DNA of 64,000 nt, taken from positions 248,001-312,000 of the forward strand of contig NIVC01000020.1 of assembly GCA_002269645.1 (NCBI GenBank). Direction: 5' to 3'. The DNA is from Macrostomum lignano (lineage: Eukaryota). The notes beneath the pieces were generated by a model. The model saw only the letters and a list, made by a program, of their open reading frames with translations, was not told the origin of the DNA and did not search any database. Below, piece by piece: positions 24,259 to 35,934 of the stretch; position 1 is the first letter of the stretch; each line of letters opens with the position of its first letter. The translations under genes and the position numbers were made by a program.

Positions 24259-24929
24259 GATGGTCGAATCGAAAAACGAAAAGCGAGAAGTTCAAGATGT
24301 CCTTTCAGCGACTGTCGGCTCCCTGAGCATGCAGTCTCGAGCTCAATTTTGCTAGCATTAAACTCCAAATTAATTAATGAAATGGTGCTGTAAGTGTACT
24401 CAGAACTCTGTTTTACTGACTTATTGACGGAATTATCGCCATCATTCCAATTGCAAAGGTCAGAGGAGGTGAGTCCTTAATATTGTATGCAATAAATATA
24501 TTACACAATACATATGAAGCTCTTCTCAGCATCTTTTGGCTTTATACTCTGTCATATTTTAACTTGATCAGGTGACGAATTTCTATAGTTGCTAACGTGT
24601 GAAATGCTCTTAGCGTGCATCTCTTATAGATTATGACAAAATTATTCATAGCCCATTATTCCCCCCAAAGAAATCCCCTATCTCTAAATCTTCGAAAACA
24701 ATAATTTTACTTGCCGCTTAAGTGCATGTTCAAGAGCCTACCCAGTACGCACTGCTCAAAATTCTGTTTACATGATTTAAGTGGAATTTCCAAATGCACT
24801 GGGCAGAAAAGCGTACGTGTAGTGGCACATTCCTTGGGAATTATCTTGTAAGCATGCCGAGCTCAGACTCAGCACGCTGAGCTCAACATTGCTGAACAAC
24901 AACTAGAGTTAAAAACAAAAGGCTTCACT

Positions 24930-25080
24930 AGATAGATAGATAACAAATAAATAGATAGATAGATAGATAGATATAGATAGATAGATAGGTAGCTGGCTAG
25001 ATAGGTTAGATAGATAGATAGGTAGGTAGAAAGGTAGATAGATAGACGGATGGATGGAAAGATAGGTAAATAGATAGATA
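24930..25080. repeat. Degenerate (GATA)n microsatellite
   Basis: Direct. Confidence 0.9.
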
Positions 25081-25217
25081 GACTCGTAATTTGCATGAAC
25101 AATTTTATCTTGGCTGCCCTGCCTTAGATTTCGGTGGCAGCCAGCTTCTACCGAGTGCTCAGTCTTTCAGATCTTGGATTGTACAGTACAGCACTTCTGT
25201 CTCAATCAACAATCAAG

Positions 25218-25668
25218 ATGGATTCGGTAGAAGGATTCGGTAGATGGATTCGGTAGATGGATTCGGTAGAAGGATTTGGTAGATGGATTCTGTAGATGGA
25301 TTCGGTAGAAAGATTCTGTAGATGGATTCTGTAGATGGATTCAGTAGATGGATTCGGTAGAAGGATTCTGTAGATGGATTCGGTAGATGGATTCGGTAGA
25401 TGGATTCGGTAGATGGATTCGGTAGAAGGATTCTGTAGATGGATTCGGTAGAAAGATTCTGTAGATGGATTCTGTAGATGGATTCAGTAGATGGATTCGG
25501 TAGAAGGATTCGGTAGAAGGATTCTGTAGATGGATTCTGTAGATGGATTCTGTAGATGGATTCGGTAGATGGATTCGGTAGAAGGATTCGGTAGAAGGAT
25601 TCTGTAGATGGATTCTGTAGATGGATTCAGTAGATGGATTCGGTAGAAGGATTCTGTAGATGGATTCG
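25218..25668. repeat. 13-bp minisatellite (GGTAGATGGATTC)
   Basis: Direct. Confidence 0.93.
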
Positions 25669-26175
25669 GTGATCCATGTGCCAGCTGTCGAGGATCAATC
25701 ATACCGAGCAGTCTCTTAGCTTCCAGGCGGTCCCTGCTCACAGGTGCCTCGCGGGTCACTAGACAGAAACAAATAAATAATGAGAATTTGATAACAAAAT
25801 CATTAATTTATAATATAACAATAGTATATTCGGACTGCGCAGCACTGCGGATACCAGCATATGGGATTTATTTATTCAGATTATAAATAGATTTTTTTAA
25901 AACTAAATAATTGGTCGCAGCTTCGGTGAGGAGACGGAATTGGTTGGCCTGATGGTCTCAGGGCCAGGGGACGGAGCGACGTTCGGACTGCAATAATAAT
26001 GTGTAGAAAATAGAGGCAATTTTAATATAACTGAGCACACAGCAGCGGCAGCGCACAGCGCCGCAGGGGAACAAGCGGCATTGGGGAGGGTCAGCCAGTC
26101 AGTCAGCCAGGCTCAACTCAAAACGGAAGTCAGCCAGTCAGTCAGCCAGTTCAGAGGAACGCCAGCCGCCTGGGC

Positions 26176-29100
26176 CTACAGGCCGCCGCCCAGCGAGATC
26201 TCGCTGACGCTGTCGGCCTCATCCGGGCTGCTGCCGGCCACGGGGTCAAGGCCGGGCACGTTGACCGTCAGGCGGCGCGGCCCGGTGGTGCCCAGGCTGG
26301 CCGAGTCCGCGGTGGCAGCGAAGGCGTCCTGGATGGCCTGGTTGGTGCTGAGCAGGTTGGTGGCGGTGCTGCTCAGGCCCAGGTAGGCGTCCGGGTCCAC
26401 GTCCGGCCGGTCCGTGGCCTCGGTGGAGAACTCGGCCGTGCTGGCCATTGCGGTGCGGTCGTCGGCGGCGGCGCTGTCCCGCAGCTGCAGGGACTCGCGC
26501 TGGGCGGGCGGCGACTGGCTCGGCCGGAGCGGCTCGCTCGGCTCGCTGGCTCGGGCGGCCGCGGACGATGACGAGGGTGGCGGAGGAGGCCGCGACGGCA
26601 CCGGGGCCGGCGGTGGCGGCGGAGAAGGCGGCGGCAACTCAGCGTCATCGTCATCGTCGCCGATAATGTCGGTGACGTCGTCACCGTTGTCGGGGCCGCC
26701 TGGCTCAGAGAGGGACGAGCCGGCTGAGCTGTCGGCGAAGTCCGCGGCGGCGGCGGCTGCAGCGGCGGCGGCTGCGTCGGAGCGATGGCGCCGGCCAGGA
26801 GGGGGCGGGTAGAGCGGGCGCCCGTCGCTGCCAGCGATGACGGCCAGCACGGGATCACGGCGGGGGTCGGCCCGGTGCGACGGCGCCCGGCGCGGAAATT
26901 CGCCCTCGCTGCGGGTGGGCGGGTCGGCCAGAGACTGGTCGGCGGTGAGATCGAAGGCGGCCTCGCCGTTGCTGGCGTCCAGCTGGCCGAGCAGCTGGCG
27001 AGCTTCGGTGGCAACCTGGATGTTCGGCGCCTGACCCTCGCTGCGGTCCAGCAGCCAGACGCCCTCGGAGATGCTGTCCGCGCAGGTCGGCGTGGCGGGT
27101 GAGGACGGTGTCGAGGGCGTGGCCGAGGGCGGCACCTCGGGGACAGCAGACTGCGGCGGCGAGCCGGGTATCGGCAGAGTCGTCTGCGCCTCGACATCCA
27201 CGGCTGTCTGGGAGACAGCGTCCTGTAGGGTCTGGCAGCCCGTGTCCATCCGAGACGACTGGGCGATCGGCTGCGGCTGCGGCGGCGGGGTGGCCGCTGA
27301 CGGCTCCTCTAGCGATGGCGTCGGGGTGCGCACAGAGTGACGCGACGGCAGGCTGACGATGTCCTGGTCGGGAAGTTGGCGTTCTTCTGCTGTTGATCCG
27401 CCGCTGAGCTCCGAATCCGGAGAGGCGGCCTGGGCTCGAGGCTGCGGCTGTGTCTGCGGAGGCGGGGGCGGTGCCGGCGGCTCCGGGCGCTGCTGCAGCA
27501 GCAGTTGCAAAGCCGACAGAGGCACGAAGGGCTCAGCAGCGGGCGCAGCAGGCGTCGGAGTTCGCGGAGTCGGCGTGGATTCGGTGGCCGTCTCCGGCTG
27601 CTCGTCATCGCGCGGGGTGGCTTCGGGCGTTGAAAAGGCGGCGCCGCCTGGCGGCTGTACGTCCCGACCGGCTAATCGGCGCGCGGCGCGTTCGACTCGG
27701 GCAAGCAGCGCGGAGAGAATCATGCGCCGGATCAGCGCGTCCAGGCCAGCCGAGTTCGCGCGCTCTGGAGGCGCACCTGACGGCCGCCTGCGCTGGTCGA
27801 CCATGCGAGCGAGCACCTCGGCAAGGACTTCGTCGCGCATCCGGGAGCGCACAGCATCGGCGGTGTGGCCGGCGCGAACTCGACCGGCTGGCTGTGACGC
27901 CGCGGCCGCGTCCTCGGCGGAGGGACGGCGACGCGATGGGCCTGTTGGAGGCGCTGGCCGGCGAGGCGGCGGCCGGTGATAGCCAGGAAGCCGGACGCCT
28001 GCGCCCTCAACCGAGGCGCCGTCCTCGTCGTCGCCGTCGTTCCCGTCGTCACGGCGATCATCCCGGGGCGGCGATCCCGCCTGCACGGCTTCCTCGCGAG
28101 TTTGCGGCGGCTTCGGCTCCCGCCTCTTTGGCACGGCGCTGGTCGGTGCGGCGCGCCGGCGTGGCGGCTCCTCAGCTGGCTGACGGGGCAGGGCGGTGAT
28201 GGGGCCTTTCACATCATTGGCAAAGTGCATGTACGGCATGCGCTGCCAGGGCCCCAGCTTGCGGCGCTGACCGCCTGCTGGGGCGGCTTTCTGAGGCGAG
28301 CACAGTCGGGCCAGCTCTGACTCCGATACTGCGTCAAAAATTGCTCGAATCGGCAGAGGCGCCTCTTCGGGCGGCTGCTGCACTCGCGTTCTTCTGGCGC
28401 CGGGCACCGCTCGCTGACGGATGGCGCCGCCGTGCTTGATGACGTCATCGACAATAGCGCGAACCCGGGCCCTCTGCGCGGCCGTCTCGTCCTGCCAGAT
28501 GGCGTCAACGATGCTGTAGATCAGCTTGCCATCGCGGCTTCGCTCGGCCGTCTGGGCGCGCGTCTCCAGCGCCTTCTGGCGGCGTCGAACCTCCAGCAGG
28601 GTGCGCTGCGCCGCCGCCACCTGGTCCTCTGGCTTGTGGCTGCCGGCCGCCTCCTGTTGGCGCCGCTCCGCCTCCAGCACGCTGTCATAGGATGGATAAA
28701 CGCTGCGGTCAGGCAGCGGGTCGCGGCGCAGGTACTCGTTCAGCGGATAGGAGCGGCGCTTCTTCTCTGGCGCCGCCGCCGCGCCGGCGCCGCCGCTGCC
28801 AGCCCCGTTGATCTCGAAGCGGGACAGGCCGGAGAGGCTCACGGCGGGCGTTGAGCGATCAGCGGGCGGCTCAATGGCGGACATCGCAGGCGAGGACTGG
28901 TACTGCGGCAGCATGGACGTCGGGCGGGACTGCCCCGCGCTGGTGGTCGGGCGGAACTGCCCCGCGCTGGTCGTAGCCGTGGCCTCCGCCGGCGGCATGG
29001 CCTGGTAGCGGTCTTTGTGCGCCCGGATGTCGGAGCGAATGCTGTCGATCTCGTTAAGCAGGCGGGCCACGCCGCCGCCGAGCTCGCTGTCACCGCGGTG

Positions 29101-30534
29101 GACGATCGCGCGCACCTCGTCACGAATGTCCGACACGACTTGGGCGGCGCGATCGACGCTCGGTGGCTGCGGCTCCGCTGGCTGTGGGCCCGGAGACTTG
29201 CGCGTCGACTCGCCTGCCGGGCGGCGCTGCGGCCCGGTGGACGACGCCCGCTCGTCGACCAGCTGGCGCAAAAACTGCTGCTGGTGTTGCGTGGGAGGCG
29301 GGGGCGGCGGAGGCCCCGGCATCACAGGCACCATCGGCATTCGGTGCTGCTGCATGAGCAGCTCCTGCTGCATCCGCAACTGCTCCCGCTGCAGCTGCTC
29401 CAGCTGGCTCAGCCGGTCTGCCAGCAGGCGGTCCAGCTGCTCCCGCAGGCGGCGCTCTTCCTCCTGCTTCGGCTGCTGCCCACCTGCCGAGACAGCCCGC
29501 TCCGCCTCCAGCCGCTCGAGCCTCTCCAGCAGGCGGCCGATGTTCGCCTCAACCTGCTGCTGCCCGCGGATCAGCGGCTCTGCCATGGCCACCGCGGCAG
29601 TCGCGGCCGCCGTAGCCGCCACCTGCTGCGGCTGCTGTTGAGGTGGCAGGACCCTCGGATGGACGACTCGGCCACCGGAGCCGCCGCCGCCGCCGCCAAC
29701 TTTTCGGCTGGCCAGGAGGCGGCGACAATCAGCGACATCGCCGGCCGAGGGCTGCGGCTGCTGCTGACGGGCCGCCGTCTCCCCGAACTCTCTGCCTTCA
29801 TTCTCGGCCTCCTCATCATTGCCAAGGCGCTGAGGTGGAGACTCGCAGGCAGCTCCCTGCCGGAGACCGCTGCCACCTTGCCGGAGCGTCATGGTGGCGA
29901 TGCCTTCGTCAGCCAGCTCGATGTCGCCCGATGCGACTGCCGCGGCGTTTTCGGTGACGCCGTCCATGACGTCATCCACAGTCCGGGCGGGAACGTCAAC
30001 AACGTCGGAGAAGACGGCGCCGGGGACCGGCCGCTTCCACACCAGCTTGTCAGGAATGCGACCGCTGCTCCGCAGCTCGCCCGCAGCAGCCGAGCCGGCC
30101 AGCTGGTGCGCCGCCTCTGTGGGCAGCAGGTAGAACTGATCGTCCAGAGTTGTCGAGCCCTGCGACGCCCGGACGTCGACAGCAGAAGCGGCCTGCTGGT
30201 CGCTGTCCTTCTCCTGCTGCTGCCAGGACGTGGCCCAGCGACTCCGCAGGGCCTCCTCGCTTTCTGGCGGCGCGCGGCCCGCGCTGCCCAACGCGGAGTC
30301 GACAGCCCGCTGAGTGGCTCGAAGGACCCGGTCAGCGGCTGAGGCTTCGCTGGCTGCGGAGGCGCCTGCCGGCTGCTGCTGCGCCTTCAGGCGGGTGAGC
30401 TCGGCGCTGCCGTTCAAGCTGAGCATAGGCGCGCCGCTGGAGCCGGTGGGTGGGGGAGGGCTCTGCATTGATTCCCGATAGAATTCGGACTGCTCCCGCC
30501 CAGACTGCTTCTGCACTACTTGAAGTCCAGCCAT
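26176..30534 (-). CDS. KIAA0586: TALPID3/KIAA0586 homologue (centriole/basal-body protein), single coding exon, 1452 aa
   Basis: AQRTLLEVRRRQKALETRAQTAERSRDGKLIYSIVDAIWQDETAAQRARVRAIVDDVIK aligns with the vertebrate TALPID3 core as I recall it ([38 protein letters not shown]...EKIRIRKTVDEWIK). Preceding coiled coil; Pro/Ser-rich C-terminus with SEG motifs. Confidence 0.8.
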   Translation of the reverse strand: MAGLQVVQKQSGREQSEFYRESMQSPPPPTGSSGAPMLSLNGSAELTRLKAQQQPAGASAASEASAADRVLRATQRAVDSALGSAGRAPPESEEALRSRWATSWQQQEKDSDQQAASAVDVRASQGSTTLDDQFYLLPTEAAHQLAGSAAAGELRSSGRIPDKLVWKRPVPGAVFSDVVDVPARTVDDVMDGVTENAAAVASGDIELADEGIATMTLRQGGSGLRQGAACESPPQRLGNDEEAENEGREFGETAARQQQPQPSAGDVADCRRLLASRKVGGGGGGSGGRVVHPRVLPPQQQPQQVAATAAATAAVAMAEPLIRGQQQVEANIGRLLERLERLEAERAVSAGGQQPKQEEERRLREQLDRLLADRLSQLEQLQREQLRMQQELLMQQHRMPMVPVMPGPPPPPPPTQHQQQFLRQLVDERASSTGPQRRPAGESTRKSPGPQPAEPQPPSVDRAAQVVSDIRDEVRAIVHRGDSELGGGVARLLNEIDSIRSDIRAHKDRYQAMPPAEATATTSAGQFRPTTSAGQSRPTSMLPQYQSSPAMSAIEPPADRSTPAVSLSGLSRFEINGAGSGGAGAAAAPEKKRRSYPLNEYLRRDPLPDRSVYPSYDSVLEAERRQQEAAGSHKPEDQVAAAQRTLLEVRRRQKALETRAQTAERSRDGKLIYSIVDAIWQDETAAQRARVRAIVDDVIKHGGAIRQRAVPGARRTRVQQPPEEAPLPIRAIFDAVSESELARLCSPQKAAPAGGQRRKLGPWQRMPYMHFANDVKGPITALPRQPAEEPPRRRAAPTSAVPKRREPKPPQTREEAVQAGSPPRDDRRDDGNDGDDEDGASVEGAGVRLPGYHRPPPRRPAPPTGPSRRRPSAEDAAAASQPAGRVRAGHTADAVRSRMRDEVLAEVLARMVDQRRRPSGAPPERANSAGLDALIRRMILSALLARVERAARRLAGRDVQPPGGAAFSTPEATPRDDEQPETATESTPTPRTPTPAAPAAEPFVPLSALQLLLQQRPEPPAPPPPPQTQPQPRAQAASPDSELSGGSTAEERQLPDQDIVSLPSRHSVRTPTPSLEEPSAATPPPQPQPIAQSSRMDTGCQTLQDAVSQTAVDVEAQTTLPIPGSPPQSAVPEVPPSATPSTPSSPATPTCADSISEGVWLLDRSEGQAPNIQVATEARQLLGQLDASNGEAAFDLTADQSLADPPTRSEGEFPRRAPSHRADPRRDPVLAVIAGSDGRPLYPPPPGRRHRSDAAAAAAAAAAADFADSSAGSSLSEPGGPDNGDDVTDIIGDDDDDAELPPPSPPPPPAPVPSRPPPPPSSSSAAARASEPSEPLRPSQSPPAQRESLQLRDSAAADDRTAMASTAEFSTEATDRPDVDPDAYLGLSSTATNLLSTNQAIQDAFAATADSASLGTTGPRRLTVNVPGLDPVAGSSPDEADSVSEISLGGGL

Positions 30535-30960
30535 AGACTAATTTCTATTGATAGCAATTTCATTCTTTGAGTTCTCTAAGCTTGCTAAACCCCAGGCTTG
30601 AAAGAGAGTTAAGTGGAAATAAACAGTATTAAAAAATCACGCTATTAATAAACTATATATATTTTGCCAAAGCATCTAACACATTGGAAACGCAAATAAA
30701 ATCAAGATTGGTGTGCACATTAAAGAGTGGAAAAACCCTAGGCATTTCTCCTACCCAGCGCATGCAATCAGCAGTTCAGCAAAGCAGCCCAGAAACCGCA
30801 GGGAATGTCAGAAAATGCAGCAGCCAATGAGCAACGCCCGCTGTTATTGACAGCAAATCGATCGAATGATAGTGCAAGAAAAAATATAGGAAAGCCGCTA
30901 ACAGATAGAAAATTGAGAACGCTGAGCCAGAATAACTATAAACCATTGTGCAAAAATTAA

Positions 30961-32941
30961 TGTATCCGGACACACCGCAGGCACTCAGATATCCGGACAC
31001 ACCGCAGGCACTCAGATATCCGGACACACCGCAGGCACTCAGATATCCGGACACACCGCAGGCACTCAGATATCCGGACACAGCGCAGGCACTCAGATAT
31101 CCGAACACACCGCAGGCACTCAGATATCCGGACACACCGCAGGCACTCAGATATCCGGACACACCGCAGGCACTCAGATATCCGGACACACCGCAGGCAC
31201 TCAGATATCCGGACACACCGCAGGCACTCAGATATCCGGACACACCGCAGGCACTCAGATATCCGGTCACACCGCAGGCACTCAGATATCCGGACACACC
31301 GCAGGCACTCAGATATCCGGACACACGCAGTCCGCAGGCACTCAGATATCCGGACACACCGCAGGCACTCAGATATCCGGTCACACCGCAGGCACTCAGA
31401 TATCCGGTCACACCGCAGGCACTCAGATATCCGGTCACACCGCAGGCACTCAGATATCCGGTCACACCGCAGGCACTCAGATATCCGGACACACCGCAGG
31501 CACTCAGATATCCGAACACACCGCAGGCACTCAGATATCCGGACACACCGCAGGCACTCAGATATCCGGACACACCGCAGGCACTCAGATATCCGGACAC
31601 ACCGCAGGCACTCAGATATCCGGACACAGCGCAGGCACTCAGATATCCGGACACACCGCAGGCACTCAGATATCCGGACACAGCGCAGGCACTCAGATAT
31701 CCGGACACACCGCAGGCACTCAGATATCCGGACACACCGCAGGCACTCAGATATCCGGACACACCGCAGGCACTCAGATATCCGGACACACCGCAGGCAC
31801 TCAGATATCCGGACACAGCGCAGGCACTCAGATATCCGGACACACCGCAGGCACTCAGATATCCGGACACACCGCAGGCACTCAGATATCCGGACACACC
31901 GCAGGCACTCAGATATCCGGACACACCGCAGGCACTCAGATATCCGGACACAGCGCAGGCACTCAGATATCCGGACACACCGCAGGCACTCAGATATCCG
32001 GACACACCGCAGGCACTCAGATATCCAGACACAGCGCAGGCACTCACATATCCGGACACACCGCAGCCACTCAGATATCCGAACACAGCGCAGGCACTCA
32101 GATATCCGAACACACCGCAGGCACTCAGATATCCGGACACAGCGCAGGCACTCAGATATCTGGACACAGCGCAGGCACTCAGATATCCGGACACACCGCA
32201 GGCACTCAGATATCCGGACACAGCGCAGGCACTCAGATATCCGAACACACCGCAGGCACTCAGATATCCGAACACAGCGCAGGCACTCAGATATCCGAAC
32301 ACACCGCAGGCACTCAGATATCCGGACACAGCGCAGGCACTCAGATATCTGGACACAGCGCAGGCACTCACATATCCGGACACACCGCAGGCACTCAGAT
32401 ATCCGGACACAGCGCAGGCACTCAGATATCCGGACACAGCGCAGGCACTCAGATATCCGGACACAGCGCAGCCACTCAGATATCCGGACACAGCGCAGGC
32501 ACTCAGATATCCGGACACAGCGCAGGCACTCAGATATCCGGACACAGCGCAGGCACTCAGATATCCGGACACAGCGCAGGCACTCAGATATCCGGACACA
32601 GCGCAGGCACTCAGATATCCGGACACACCGCAGGCACTCAGATATCCGGACACAGCGCAGGCACTCAGATATCCGGACACACCGCAGGCACTCAGATATC
32701 CGGACACACCGCAGGCACTCAGATATCCGGACACACCGCAGGCACTCAGATATCCGGACACACCGCAGGCACTCAGATATCCGGACACAGCGCAGGCACT
32801 CAGATATCCGGACACAGCGCAGGCACTCAGATATCCGGACACAGTGCAGGCACATATCCGGACACAGCGCAGGCACTCAGATATCCGGACACAGCGCAGG
32901 CACTCAGATATCCGGACACACCGCAGTCCGCAGGCACTCAG
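30961..32941. repeat. 27-bp minisatellite (GATATCCGGACACACCGCAGGCACTCA), about 73 units
   Basis: Direct; generates three stop-free pseudo-ORFs. Confidence 0.97.
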
Positions 32942-33032
32942 CGGGTACAGTAAATCATCAATTAAAGCGCATTATCTATAAAAAATAAAGGAAAAATCGC
33001 GCATTGAATGCCTGACGGCGGGCAGCCCGGAG

Positions 33033-34693
33033 CTACGGCTGCCTCGGCCAGATGGGCAGCGGGTGCGCTTCGGTGTTGAACAGCCACTTGTCCAGCGGCA
33101 GCAGGTCGTTGTCCTCAGAGAATAGCAGGAAGAAATACTTCAGAGTCTCGGCGAACCAGAACGACTCGCATTTGGTCCGCTTGCCTGGGTTGCGGGCGTT
33201 GGTGACGTCGCTGATGCTGACGTAGCCGGCTGGCTGCACCTTGGTGTACTTCTCGAAGGCCTGGAAGATGGCCCAGCCCCAGTCTTGGTACTTCCTGTCA
33301 CCGGTGACGCGCCACATGTAGAACAAAGACTCCACAGTTTCCGGTCGCTGAATATTGTGCCGGTCAAGCGGCTTCACGTAGGTGTCGGCCACCGAGGCGG
33401 CGTCCGTGTTGAAGTGGGTGATCTCAGGAGCCAGGCCGGTGGCCGTGGTCGTGTAGGTGATGTAGCAGGTGCGCATGAGCTGCTCGGCCAGCCGCAGGTG
33501 CTCCCGCGGCATGCCGTGCAGGAAGCCGTAGGCCAGGGCGCCCGGCAGGAAGCAGACCAGGTGGTCCATCTTGGGCGAGAAGGTGGTGCCGCCGAGCAGC
33601 TCGCCGACGAACTTGAACCGGTGCGGCTGGGACTCGCGCACCAGGTGCTTGGCGACGCCGTCCATTGCGGCCAGCCAGTCGTCGCGAAGGTATTCAAATG
33701 AGCGCGACTTGCCGGCCTGCACGAACTGCTTGATGAGGTATTCGTAATAGCTGTCACCGCGGGCGCCCAGCGACACGGTGCCGCCGTTGTGCAGCCGGCC
33801 GGTGACGGAGTTCACGTAGATCGGCACCAGGCCGTCCTTCTTGTCGGCCGAGTGCAGCACGCGGCTGATCCGGTCGGCGGCGTCGGCGAACTCCGGCCGG
33901 CCCGTCAGGCGGGACAGCTCGCGGAGCTCCAGCTGCACGGAGGACACCTGGGTGCGGCAGGTGGGGTGGGCGGGCTTCGTGGTCAGGCAGCGCGCATCTC
34001 TGTGCCAGGGAGGGGGGGGGGAGGGGGCGCTTGGCTCTTTTGTGGACGAACCCCGGCGGCTCAGGGAATCGAACCTAGGAGCTTGGTTGCGCGAGTCAGA
34101 CACATCTCCGCTCCGCCACTGTCCCCGTCCTATCGGTGAGATCAGTGAGATCACAGATAGAGGGCCCGATTTCAAACCTCAGACGTGGAAGACTCAACAG
34201 TCCAGACGGGGTTGGAGGCCTGGCCAGTGTGCAGGTTGATGTCGCTGTACGGCAGGCCCGAGGGCGAGCTGAAGGCGGGCAGCAGCCGCTCGCCAAGCTG
34301 AAGGGCACGGTCCAGGTAGATAGAGTCATTGGACAGGTGGTGGGCCGACAGCAGACCTCCCAGCAACCGGATGGTGGTCTCAAAGACGTTCGTGTGCGGC
34401 TTATCGACATCAAAGTTGAGCTGCGTGGCGACCCACTCGCGGGCCTTGGCGACCTGTTGGGACATCCCCATGATCATGAGAGTGTCCAGCGAGTCTATGA
34501 GAGTCAGGCCGGCGCCCATCCACACAGCGGAGGACCTACAAATGGGAGCAATTCAGTAGCGATTGAAAGCTGCGGCCTGTCTGTCATGGTGTCTGTCTGT
34601 CTGTCTGTCTGTGTCTGTCTGCCTGTGTCTCTCTGTCTGTGTCTCTCTGTCTGTCTGTCTGTCTTTCTGCCTGTGTCTGTCTGTCTGTCATGG

Positions 34694-34729
<36 letters not shown>

Positions 34730-34781
34730 ATGGTGTCTGTCTGTCTGTCTGTCTGTCTGTCATGGTGTCTGTCTGTCATGG

Positions 34782-34849
<68 letters not shown>

Positions 34850-34889
34850 ATGGTGTCTGTCTGTCTGTCTGTCATGGTGTCTGTCATGG

Positions 34890-34937
<48 letters not shown>

Positions 34938-34941
34938 ATGG

Positions 34942-34990
<49 letters not shown>

Positions 34991-35916
34991 TTCTGCCTGT
35001 GTCTGTCTGTCTGTCTGTCTGTTTAGGGCTCAGCCGCAGTGGCCAACAGCCCCTAAACGCACTTGGACAGCGGGTGAACCTCGTCCTTGCCCCAGGCGTA
35101 GAGCTCGTAGGCCTTCCACGAGTGCCGCATGGCCTCCAGCACCGCCAGCTGCCGCCGGCTTGGCGACGTCTCCGACAGGCGGCCCAGCGAGCCGGCCGGC
35201 AGCGGAGACCGGCGGCTGGCGGCGACACCCGCTGCGGGGCCGGCGACCCCCGGCGCATCCGGCAAAGCAGGCGGCCGCGGCGGCTTCGGCAGCTCCGGTG
35301 GGGGCGATGCAGAAGTCGGATCAGCTGCAGAAGCAGATACAGGAATGTCAGAGACTCGCCTTCTCAAAGGCACGCGGCATGATTCAGGACAACCTCTGCT
35401 GCTCAATCCAAGCTTTTGAATAACCAATTCTTAAAAATTCACAGTTAAAAGCAATAAAGCTCACCTCTTTCCTCAGGTTTTGCCGGCGCTGCCTCAAAGC
35501 CAGGCGGGTCGACCATCTGCAGGTCCTGGCCAGCGGCCGCCCGCTCCATCACGGCAACCCGGGGCAGGGCGAACCAGAACACGAACAGCGCCAGCGCCAG
35601 CAGCAGCAGCACCAGGCGGCGCTGGAAGCGCGAAATTCCTCGCCACCGGCGCTGCAAGGCGGTGGGCGGAGCGATTTGAAGCGAGCTCTGAGTCACGGGC
35701 TGCGGCAGCTCACGCTAAAGACGGCCTATGCTAAATACTTTGCAGCCAGATAATGCTGGGAGTATAGCCCAGGTGTGAGATTCATAACTGTGACTGTCTG
35801 GCACCTTGAGCTCCAAGTCACCGGCACTTCAGCATTCCACACCCCTGGGCATGCACTCACACAGGGATCTCCGGTGGTGAGGAAATTCTGCCCATTTCGC
35901 TGACAGCTGAGGACAT
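33033..35916 (-). CDS. MAN1B1: ER mannosyl-oligosaccharide alpha-1,2-mannosidase (GH47, type II membrane protein). Exons about 35916-35863 (uncertain), 35714-35465, 35324-35063, 34535-34178, 33947-33033
   Basis: [20 protein letters not shown] anchor; [16 protein letters not shown]; [11 protein letters not shown]; [16 protein letters not shown]; [16 protein letters not shown]; [11 protein letters not shown]; GLAPEI; QRPETVES; [16 protein letters not shown]; [13 protein letters not shown] junctions are phase-compatible. Confidence 0.93.
34056..34126 (-). mobile_element. tRNA-derived SINE head or tRNA pseudogene in MAN1B1 intron 4
   Basis: Minus strand has A box TGGCGGAGCGG and B box GGTTCGATTCC about 32 nt apart; no convincing acceptor stem. 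Confidence 0.55.
34577..35020. repeat. (TCTG)n microsatellite with CATGGTG interruptions (MAN1B1 intron 3)
   Basis: Direct. Confidence 0.95.
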
Positions 35917-35934
35917 ACAAGCGCGCTCGGATTT

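Noticed and set aside
30776-32981. Three ORFs of 639-688 aa
   Set aside because: Pure translations of a 27-bp tandem repeat; unit length divisible by 3 and stop-free by chance; no flanking gene structure.
35861-35920. ORF-track start 'MYVLSCQ' as MAN1B1 exon 1
   Set aside because: That start is TTG, not ATG. An ATG at 35916 in another frame is preferred but needs a weaker donor, so exon 1 is left uncertain.
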